A stretch of 64,000 bases of DNA from Adineta vaga. Lineage: Eukaryota > Animalia > Rotifera. The notes under the pieces are model-generated. The model did not search any database, had not been told where the DNA came from, and saw only the letters and a program-made list of their open reading frames with translations. Shown here piece after piece: positions 54,194 through 64,000 of the stretch (positions are counted from its first letter, which is position 1; each line of letters opens with the position of its first letter). Location: contig CP075492.1 of assembly GCA_021613535.1 (NCBI GenBank), forward strand, positions 868,001 through 932,000, written 5' to 3'. Made by a program: the position numbers and the translations under genes.

Positions 54194-57100
54194 CAGTGAT
54201 GGGATCGGTTCGTGGTTTTGTGAAACCGAACCGAACAGAGAAAGTTGAAAATCGAACCGAATCGAAACCGAAAAACCGAAGTACATTAAAAACTTCTATG
54301 TTGAAAAATAGCTATAAATGAGTTAGTCGATTCAAACATTTAATTTTCTTTATCAGTTAATATTTTATTCATAAGATAAACAGATTAATTTACATATGTA
54401 ATGAAAAAATTCCCTGTAATGATTGACAGAATTCCTAACAAAATTACAGTTCAATAAGTTCACCACCACTTGGTTCATCAAATCTTTTCTTGTAGAAATC
54501 GTATGAATGATTAAATACTATGTCGTTGACCGTATCTGGAGATAGTCTTGAACGTTTTTGAGTAATAATATTACCAGTGAAGCTGAACTCACGCTCAACA
54601 GCTCCACTTGTAGCTGGTACAGACAAAACACGAGCTGCTAATTTTGCTAAAATAGGATACGTTGTTCCTTTTGCCTTCCAAAAAGAGAAAGGATTATATT
54701 CTTCGTGTTCTTGATCAGCATTAGATATTGTTGTTTTGTCTGAACCGTGTTTTAGAAACATATCAATTTCCATTTCATGTGAAGAAACTTTCGAAGATTC
54801 TTTTCCACCAGCATCATCTGTCTCGGTCATTGAGTAAAATTCTGACATATAAGAACTTGAAGTATTTTTGGTAAATTGATTTTGTTTTCTTTGTGATGGT
54901 GATGGTACATGTTGATCAATGTCGAAGATTAGCATTTCCTGTTTCACATATTCAATGCATTCTTCTCTTTGTTTTGTTGTTAAGAAAGTCATTTTACGAG
55001 TTTTAGAATTGACGAAAGTTGACATAAGATGTATAGGATCGAAACAAATCATTTCTTTAAGGATTTGTTTTGGCCGCTGACGAAAAAACATAATACCTAT
55101 ACATAAAATATCATTGTATGGAATATAATCAATAGAAGAGAGATCATTTACCCTTTTCTTGTTTTGAGTCAGTCGTTTTGGTTTCTAACGAAGAATTAAT
55201 CATGAAAATACTTGGAGTGACTGTGTGAATGGATGGAGTGTACGAAGATTGTACACGTTTTAAAACATATGTCCATGGTTTTAAGAATTCGATCAACTTG
55301 TCCAATATAGATGAACTAATTAAGTTAATTCTTTTTTTATCTAAAATGTTTTTCATCAAATATTTCAGTTAATGTTGTTAAAGATCTCCGAACACTCTTT
55401 AAACAATTATAAAGCGAAAGCCATCGTACAATTGTACTTTGTATAAGAATAGCAGCACCTTTATCTTCCAAATCTTGATTTAGATTAACCTATAAAAGAT
55501 TGTATTATATGTCACGTTGTTAAATTCAAATTACCTTCTTGACATATTATACCAGTTCTTCGCAATGAATTATAGTTATCAGTGTACGTTTTGCATCAGA
55601 TGATAGTTGGGAAAGAGTAGCTGTTGCATTCTTTTTGCTTGAAGCTGTAGATGTGTAAGCTATGGTTTTATTTCGTCTATCGATTAATTTCTCATCGATA
55701 TCACTATCAGATGATACATTTCCTTCAGTATCACAACCGCTCATTTCATCATCTTCATCATCATCGATTGTTGCATATAAATCACCAAATGCTATATCTT
55801 TCTTTGCTTTATTTGTTTCTGTTTGAAAAAATGTTTTTTGAAGAACGTTATTCAAACAATGACCAATGCAATGTATCACCGTAAATTTCTCTAATGCTTT
55901 TTTGAGATTGCTACCTCTGTCACACATCCATATAATATCATACATAAAGGGTTGTAAATCAAATAATGATAATCCCTCTTCGATCACCTAATCCATGTAT
56001 GAAATGTAGATGCAACAAATAGAAATGGAAGAAACTTACTAGAAGAACATTTTTCGCTGTTTTATTAGGTTTTCTAAATGGCAAACAAAATAATTCGAAT
56101 GTACACAAATTCCATGTTTCATCCACCCATTGAGCAGTGCAACCTAAATAGGATATTTTCTTGTATCCTTCTGACCAAATGTCGGGAGACAAAGTTAAAC
56201 ATCTTCTTTTTGCTGCTGTAATCAAAATATTTTTCATTTTACTTCTTCCGACATTGCCCATATGTTTTATTTCTTTCATAACTGTTCGTCGACAAGGTAA
56301 TAGCGAAGATGCAGGTGTTGGACCATACATATAGCTTTTGAAATAGAAGGAATAATACACAATTACCATCACAAAAAATTAAGACATACCTATTTGAATG
56401 CAATGATCAATCAAGTTTCTCAAACCACTATCTTCAACCAGATTTACTGGACGTGTTCCAGAACATATCCATTCGCTAATTACACTAGGAAGTAAATGTT
56501 TCTGTTTTTAAATATTCTTGGTATTAAGTGCAAGACATGCAATTCGTGTTGGTGATGATATCAGCGGTTTTTCGATTGATGATTTTAATTTCGTATGATT
56601 TTAATTTGATGTTATTGGACATTTATGATTGAAAAGGGTTGTTGTCGTTGATGAATAGGAATATGTTTGAAAACAACTCTTACATGATGCAAATTTGTTG
56701 ATGATTTCATATTTATCTGGACCTAAAATCTTTGCTGGTAATCCAAATTCAGACCAGCACGATGCGCTTGATCTTTTATCGATTATCTTGTATTGATCTT
56801 TTTTGTGTTTTAGACAAATAGCAATACTAGTTGTCGTGTAATTTTCTATAGAATCTGGTGTACTAATAGTATCATTATCCATTATTTGTATAGCTGATGA
56901 TGATGAAACCTCAGATGAAGCACATAATGAAGAAGTTTGGTCCATTAATACAAGTAATTCGATCTTGTAATGAATTTAGATATTCTTTTTAAATCACACA
57001 CTGAGAGAGGTATTTATAGGGAAGCAAAGAAGCAATAACAAGAATTAAATACTATTAACCCTTATGAAGCGAACACAAAGAGAATAAATGTTGTTAATTC

Positions 57101-57340
57101 TTCTATTATACATTGTTTGTAATTTGTTTATGTAACATACGAATCAGACGAATATCACTATTTTACATTCTCGGACGACATCTTTTCCATTTCGACTATA
57201 TATCTTTTCTTTTATTCTTTTATTTCGGTTCACGTCGACAGAAAATGTGTTCGCTTTGATTCAGAGAAATTGACATAAAAACATATCGGTTCGAACCGAA
57301 AAAATTCATATTCAAACCGGACGAACCGATCCCATCACTG
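54194..57340 (-). mobile_element. hAT transposon (Ac/Hermes-like) with spliced, disrupted transposase 56945-54444
   Basis: Perfect 20-bp TIR CAGTGATGGGATCGGTTCGT; TSD ATACGTAT/ATATGTAT; AACCGA subterminal repeats. BED-type CxxC..H.C, SPDIW, CDRGSN, CIGH, VRWLS and VEREFS motifs. Stops at 56601 and 55547. Confidence 0.95.
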
Positions 57341-57628
57341 ATATGTATATTCTAGCAGGTAAAGAGACCGCATTTATTTGCAAAGTGAAAGCTACAAATA
57401 CTCGTTTGAACTGGCCACAATGGCAACCATATGAATTAGATATTGGTACTACTGTTGAAATAACACCTAACGTTTAAACAATCATTGAATGAGGCCGGAA
57501 AATGTTACAATGCACATTCTAAACGAACTTACGATTATGATAAGAATTTCTATATTTGTGTGTATCATAATTTAATTTGCTTTATCTTAATTAATTTCTT
57601 TTCGAAAATTGTTTGTGAGCGAAAATAT

Positions 57629-57697
57629 TGTGGGTGTGGGTGGGTGCTGGGTAAGAATGTTTTTGTACCTCACTCACACTCACACCCACACCCGCAA
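57629..57697. repeat. telomere-repeat hairpin element
   Basis: TGTGGGTGTGGGTGGGTG...CACTCACACCCACACCCGCAA, ~30 bp past the sulfotransferase stop. Confidence 0.75.
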
Positions 57698-57723
57698 TCA
57701 AGCTATTAGCTCGATAGAAAATT

Positions 57724-58991
57724 TCATTTATTGCCATTACCTTCAGAGGAACCTGAAGTAGTAGACGGTGAGGAAAGAAACAAATTAATATAGTCATTGT
57801 ATTGTGCCTTGATATCATCATGTGTCACATGTATATCAGCTAGACTGTAGGTATGTCGACCTTGTTTACCTTGCGGATTATCACGAAGCCAATTATGCAT
57901 GGCGACTTCGAACTTGTTTGACCAACGAAAACCGAAATGGTCATAGATTCGACGCACGGTGACAATCGGTTGCTGTATTAACTCGTCATAGTTGATATCC
58001 AGAATTTTGTGATCTAAGTCGGATCTGCGAGTACGAAACTCTACGAGATGTTTGATCATTTTATCAATGTACTGCAGAGTACGTGAGTTGACTATGTCTC
58101 GATATTTTGCGTTATCTTCGTCGAAATAAACATGTGAAAGTGCCCACAACATGTTGCAAAATGAAGGCAGTACTTTGTCAAGTTGTCGATGAGTCATGAC
58201 CAGCGATGCATGCGGAAAATGATGAAGAAGAGTATCCAAGTACAGGCAATGTGCGACTGATTTTAGTACCCAATGCGATGGGGGTGTGTCAACAGAATTC
58301 AACATGCGCAAAAATGTCTCGTGATAATCATAGGCAAAATCTTTGTTCGTTGGGTTCCAAATCCAACTGTCGAAATCAGATTGATGAGGACTAGGGACTG
58401 CTAATAATGGTAACAAGATGCCTGCTTGATACAAAATATGTATATCTTCTTCAATTGGAAATTCTGGATGAGATTCTTTCAAGAAGCTCGCTCGGCCGAC
58501 TAATTGTTCATCTAACTTTGCGGATAGTCCTGCTGCAGCAGATCGTCGTTCGTGTTCGACAGAATTAGAGCGTGTGACTGGTGGAACAGGCTGAACACAC
58601 ATGTCAGTGAAGAGTGGAGCACGACACTCAGGATCACACGCCAGTAAATTGTATAATAGTGTTGAACCTGTACGAGGAATGCCACATATAATAAGTGGAC
58701 CAAGATTTGGGAAATCACGTCGAAGAGACTCATTGTTCGTTGTACAATAGTTTAGTACTTGTTTACTTTCTGTATGCAGTTTGTCGAGCATAGAGAGTAA
58801 CAGGTGACGACCCACAGGGGTAATTTCTGTGCTTCCAAGCACGAGTCGACGATGTAATTCAAACGCATGTAAAATGGTGCTGTGATATCCAAAACGACTT
58901 TTTGTATTCTCAGTTAGATCATCTTCATGTAAGTTCACTCCTCAAGTAGGATTGGTTGATTCACAATAACTTCATTGAGTGTTGTGTCCAT
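57724..58991 (-). CDS. bacterial-type sulfotransferase (Sulfotransfer_3-like), intronless; apparent 1-nt frameshift near 58938
   Basis: PAPS loop ICGIPRTGSTLLYNLL; WVLKS..H, MTHR and YDELIQQP motifs. Nearest ATG is 58991 (MDTTLNEV), out of frame with the 404-aa body. Confidence 0.88.
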
Positions 58992-59076
58992 ATTTTGTGC
59001 AAGTTGTAATATCACCTAAATTACTAAAGACCGTTTTATGAGCAACTTGAAAGTCAAAATCTTAAAAATATTGACT

Positions 59077-59325
59077 GAAAAGAGACAAAATAGAAAAAAA
59101 ACTGCATCTGATAATACAAGTAAGATGATATCTGCATGATTGTGCATTTCAACAAAAAGAAAGAAAAGTGACGAAGAGAAAAAACAGGCATGTAAAACCT
59201 TTTCTAACATAACCCAATTTTATCTTCGTCACTTTTTTTTCTTTTTGTTGAAATGCATGATCATGATGATATCATTTTACTTTTATTATTAGATGCAATT
59301 TTTTTCTTCTATTTTGATTCTTTTC
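59077..59325. repeat. inverted repeat (~110-bp arms) in the divergent promoter
   Basis: TGCATTTCAACAAAAAGAAAGAAAAGTGACGAAGA is mirrored by TCTTCGTCACTTTTTTTTCTTTTTGTTGAAATGCA. Confidence 0.85.
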
Positions 59326-59474
59326 GTTAGTCGTATATCAGAACAGTCATTTAGACATTATCATGAGTTTTCTATTGTTCGAATAAAATCATATATTAAT
59401 TCATCTTTCTTAAGAAAAAATATTATTGAATATTTGTTTTAGTAATATAATATCAATCAACATTGAAAATATCC

Positions 59475-60765
59475 ATGTCATTATTATCATCAAAAAAACC
59501 CTTAACAATTTTATTTGTACCTTTGGATACATTAGGTCATATCAATGCTTCTATTGGAATAGCTGAACCATTGAAACAACGTGGACATCGAATTGTTTTT
59601 GGAATATTAACAGGTTGGAAAGGAAAAATTTCACCTTATGGTTTTGAAGAAATTTTATATGGTGAAGAAACTCAACCAGCACAACTCTATGTAGATTTTA
59701 TTAAAGCTTGTGCGAATGAATTACGAAAAAATTCTTATGATCAATTAGCAATTTTTGAACATTGTGTTCAACGTAATTTAATAAATAGTGTTAAATATAA
59801 TGATCCATTTTTTCGTGATATAATTAAACAAATAAAACCTGATATAATTATTGTTGATCATTATATTTGTCAACCAGCAATTGTAACAGCAGGTGTTCCA
59901 TGGGTTTGGTTAATGTCAAGTAATCCATTGGGTATTAATGAAGATAATTGTCCACCACGTGGTTCAGGTTATTCAGCTGATAGTGATCGACAACAATGGA
60001 ATGAATTTCGACAAGAATTTAAGAAAATTTCTGATCCAAATTGGGAAGAAGTTAATCAATGGTTAATTGAACAAGGTGCACCACCATTAACTAAACAAAT
60101 GTGGCCTTTTTTTCAAAATCCATCTCCTTATTTAAATCTTTATTTATGTCCAGAAGATATTGATTATACTGACTTACGATCATATCCACCTAAATGGATT
60201 CGATGTGATTCATTAGTACGAACATCTGATGTATGTGACTTTGAAATACCTGAAAAATTGATTAATAAACCAGGAAAGTTGGTCTATATGGTCAATGGGC
60301 TCATTTGGATCGGCAGATTTATCATTAATGAAACGATTAGTTAATATTTTATCAAAATCATCTCATCGATTTATAATTTCAAAAGGTCCATTAGGTGATG
60401 AATATTCTTTATCTGATAATATGTGGGGTGAAAATTTAATTCCACAAGTTAAAATTTTACCATTAGTAGATTTAGTAATAACACATGGTGGTAATAATAC
60501 AATTACAGAAATCTTTTATTTTGGTAAACCATTAATTATTTTACCACTTTTTGGTGATCAATTTGATAATGCACAAAGAATAGAAGAAAAAGGTTTTGGT
60601 ATTCGATTAAATACTTATTCTTGTACTGAACAAGAATTATTAAATGCAATTGAAATATTATTAACTAATAAACAATTAGAAGAGAAATTACAAATTATAT
60701 CAAAAAAGATGAAAGAAAATAATAATCGAGAAAAAGTTGCAGAATTAATTGAAAATCTTCTATAA
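59475..60765 (+). CDS. soluble GT1 UDP-glycosyltransferase (MGT-like), intronless; +1 frameshift at ~60290
   Basis: GHINAS catalytic His; RGHRIVF; (Y)MSMGS split by an extra G; PQVKIL..VITHGGNNT..E...GKPLIILPLFGDQ signature; no signal peptide and no C-terminal TM anchor. Confidence 0.92.
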
Positions 60766-61165
60766 TCAGTTTCTTTTTTTTTGTCATCTTATATTTACAG
60801 TGAACACTCGAAATAAAAGTCGCATGATGAGTTAAGTCTTTTTATTCGATTGTTTAGAATGTAATGAATAGAAAGATATATGTGATAAATGATAAGAAAT
60901 AACAAAAAATGAATATTTAAATAGATGATGAAGCAAATTTATTATTTACAAACAACAATCTCAAGGATAATAATCATGATAAAGTATTACCTGTAACTTT
61001 AAAAGAAAGACAAAGTACAAAATAAATTTATTCTGATGACAAAAGATCATTTTTTGCATATAAATTAATATGAGTATGTATATATCATAGATTTAAACTT
61101 TTCAGAGTCTTAACTAAAGTGAAGATTTACATTTATCGTCAATAGTTTATTCTGTAAAAAAAAGA

Positions 61166-64000
61166 ATGTATATTCTAGGTGAACAAAGACAATCATCACG
61201 ATTAGATTGGGCTGAATCATCATGGACAAGATGGATACAAATCCCATTACAATTATGGATAACACCTATTCTATCCTTGAGTAATAAACGTATACTTGTA
61301 GAGAAGGATCTTGACGATGTTTCTATCAAAGATAAATGTTCAATTTTATTGAATAGAGTAAATCAGTATGATTCTAAATGGTCAGGTACATGGAATATTT
61401 TAAAACGAACATTTTATAAAGATTTTCTAATAAGTCTATTACTTGTTATTCCACTTATAATGGCTCAAATAGCACAACCATTGCTTATTCGTCAAATTAT
61501 TCTTTGTATTAAAGATCAATCAAGATTACCATATTACGCTGGTTATCTACTTGGTATTGCTCTTTTCACTTCTTGTATAGTACAAGCCATTGTTTCTCAA
61601 CAAATTTTCTTTCGAAATAGTCGTATAGGTATGCGAATTCGTAATAGTTTATCATCTATCATCTATAAACACTTATTAACAACTAATACTGCAACTCTCC
61701 ATAAGATTACTGCTGCTCAAATGATCAATTTAGTTTCGAATGATGTCAGTAAATTTGAAGAACTTAGTATGTTTATTCATACTCCATTACTAGGAATTGT
61801 GGAAGCTCTTGTGGCTTTTGGCCTTATTTATTGGCACATTGGTTTACCAACAATATTTGGATATGCAGTATTGATTTTATTAATACCTGTACAATTTATT
61901 TTCAGTCGACAATTCAGTCGATATCGAAACATCACAATGAAATGCACAGACAAACGTGTACAAACGATCAATGAACTTGTTAATGGTTGTCAAATTATAA
62001 AAATGTATAATTGGGAAAAAGCAATGGAACAACGAGTACGTGAAACACGTCAACGTGAAGTTTCGAACATTTACAAAGTCAGTTGCTTAAGAGCTCTCAA
62101 TGTTGCTTTTGCTTTTACATCAGTACCCTTAATTTCTCTTGCTACATTTGGTGGTAGTTGGTTATTGGATCGAACTTTACTGTCAGAAAATATATTCACA
62201 ATAATAGGCTTTTTCGTCATGGTCCGAGTTCCAGTAACAATTGGATTACCCAGTGCGATCGAAAAATTCAGTGAAGCTCGTGTTTCTGCAAGACGAATTG
62301 ATCAATTTATGCAACTTGATATATTATCGAATAAACATGTAAAAATGGAAAATAACAACAGAGATCATATTATTCTAATGGAAGATGCATCATTTTCTTG
62401 GAAAGATACTCCTTCTTTATTTTCTCTCAATCTTAAAGTCAAAAGTGGAACTTTAGTTGGAATAAAGGGTCCAATTGGTTCTGGTAAATCAACTTTATTT
62501 GCTGCTATTCTAGATGAGATCAATCTTGTTAGTGGTAAATTACAATTATATGTTAATTCAATTTCATATGCACCACAATCAGCTTGGATATTTGCTGATA
62601 CGATTCGAGCGAATATTCTTCTTGGCAAAGCAATGGATAATGAACGTTATAAGAATGTCATAAAAGCATGTTGTCTTGATATTGATCTTGAAAATTTCGG
62701 TGAAGTTGGTGATTTATTAATGATTGGTGATAAAGGAATAAATTTGAGTGGTGGACAAAGGGCTCGTATATCGCTTGCACGTGCTCTATACGCTAATGCT
62801 GACTTATATTTACTCGATGATCCACTTGCTGCCGTTGATCCAAAGGTGGCAAAGCATATTTTTGATCAATGTATTGGACCTCGTAGTCTCCTTCGTGGAA
62901 AAACTCGAATATTAATAACACATCAAACACATTTCTTAGTTGAAGCAGATCAAATCATTTCTATGATAAATGGTCATATTGAAGAATCACGGATGGAACT
63001 ATCAAATAATATATCAGAAGTAGAATCATCTGACAACAAGGAAACAGATTGGATACCTAATGCTTCTGTAAATGATATGAATTCAATTGTTAAGAATGAG
63101 ACATCAGTGGAAGGTGCAATTGAATGGCGTGTTTGGCTCAAACTATTTACTGCACCACCTTTACGATGGTTTGGTTTGTTTCTAATGATTAGTTTTATGC
63201 TCATTAATGAAGCTGCATACGACTTTTCAAATGTTTGGCTTGCTATGTGGTCTGATAAAGATAATAAAGAACAACGATTATCGTGTTATGCTTATATCTA
63301 TCTCGGAGCTATAAGTTTTACATTTATCATAGCAATCATACGTGTTGGTTTTGGCTATTATATTATGTTGCGTGGTTCGACCTATTTACACAATGGAATG
63401 CTCAAAGGTATGTTATATACTTCATTACGTTTCTTTGAAAGTAATCCAAGTGGAAGAATCTTGAATCGAGCAAGTAAAGATCAACAAGTATTAGATCAAT
63501 CATTACCATTAGCTTTAATTGATACTATGCAATATCTCTTAATGATTATTGGTTCTATTACAATCATTGGAAGGACTAATCCATGGGTACTTCTAATTCT
63601 CATTCCTTTGATTCCTTCAGTTTTATGGCTTCGTCGATTTTACTTGTGTTCAAGTCGTCAACTGAAACGACTTGAAAGTGTAACACGTAGTCCTATTTAT
63701 ACACTCTTCTCATCATCATTTGACGGACTGACTAGTATTCGTGCATTTAATGTTCAAGATGATTTTTTAAATATGTTTATGGAAAGAATTGATACTAATT
63801 CACGAGCTTACTTCATTCTTTCTACATCTGCATATTGGTTTGGTTTACGACTTGATGTTATAGTATCCTTTCTCACGTTGGTTACTGCTCTTCTTGCAGT
63901 CGCTCTTCGTCATCAAATTGAATCGTCGGCAGCAGCACTTAGTTTAACATATTGTATCAGTTTAACAGGTCTCTTTCCATGGGCTATGCGACAATCAGCC
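61166..64000 (+). CDS. ABCC/MRP4-like ABC exporter, partial (runs off the window; absent from the ORF track)
   Basis: Continuous frame with TMD1, Walker A GPIGSGKST (~62468), LSGGQRAR (62744), Walker B LYLLDD, FFESNPSGRILNR, LKRLESVTRSP, ending WAMRQSA. An upstream exon is possible (CTAG|G near 61178). Confidence 0.95.
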   Translation, partial: MYILGEQRQSSRLDWAESSWTRWIQIPLQLWITPILSLSNKRILVEKDLDDVSIKDKCSILLNRVNQYDSKWSGTWNILKRTFYKDFLISLLLVIPLIMAQIAQPLLIRQIILCIKDQSRLPYYAGYLLGIALFTSCIVQAIVSQQIFFRNSRIGMRIRNSLSSIIYKHLLTTNTATLHKITAAQMINLVSNDVSKFEELSMFIHTPLLGIVEALVAFGLIYWHIGLPTIFGYAVLILLIPVQFIFSRQFSRYRNITMKCTDKRVQTINELVNGCQIIKMYNWEKAMEQRVRETRQREVSNIYKVSCLRALNVAFAFTSVPLISLATFGGSWLLDRTLLSENIFTIIGFFVMVRVPVTIGLPSAIEKFSEARVSARRIDQFMQLDILSNKHVKMENNNRDHIILMEDASFSWKDTPSLFSLNLKVKSGTLVGIKGPIGSGKSTLFAAILDEINLVSGKLQLYVNSISYAPQSAWIFADTIRANILLGKAMDNERYKNVIKACCLDIDLENFGEVGDLLMIGDKGINLSGGQRARISLARALYANADLYLLDDPLAAVDPKVAKHIFDQCIGPRSLLRGKTRILITHQTHFLVEADQIISMINGHIEESRMELSNNISEVESSDNKETDWIPNASVNDMNSIVKNETSVEGAIEWRVWLKLFTAPPLRWFGLFLMISFMLINEAAYDFSNVWLAMWSDKDNKEQRLSCYAYIYLGAISFTFIIAIIRVGFGYYIMLRGSTYLHNGMLKGMLYTSLRFFESNPSGRILNRASKDQQVLDQSLPLALIDTMQYLLMIIGSITIIGRTNPWVLLILIPLIPSVLWLRRFYLCSSRQLKRLESVTRSPIYTLFSSSFDGLTSIRAFNVQDDFLNMFMERIDTNSRAYFILSTSAYWFGLRLDVIVSFLTLVTALLAVALRHQIESSAAALSLTYCISLTGLFPWAMRQSA

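Overview
AT-rich eukaryotic DNA with short GT-AG introns. The genome is most likely a bdelloid rotifer. This is inferred from TGTGGG/TGAGGG telomere-type repeats, intronless rhodopsin-like GPCRs, F-box/LRR relics, FG-GAP repeat genes and bacterial-type genes. The window is an accessory, transposon-rich region. It holds two Helitrons, two piggyBacs (one carrying a nested hAT), a second hAT, a Sola2-like element, CACTA and mariner relics, two solo-LTR-like elements, several MITE-like hairpins and a foldback satellite structure. Host and foreign-looking genes are a secreted PAN-mucin-FG-GAP protein, a BLIP (beta-lactamase-inhibitor-like) repeat protein, a small Cys-rich APTP peptide, GPCRs and a variant tRNA-Cys. 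The right end holds a compact conjugate-and-export cluster: MFS, a bacterial-type sulfotransferase divergent from a soluble bacterial-type UDP-glycosyltransferase, and an ABCC exporter open for 2.8 kb that the ORF track missed. The best candidates for undescribed systems are that cluster, the BLIP-like gene, and a dispersed family of telomere-repeat hairpins sitting at gene ends. All family calls come from motif recognition; no searches were run.
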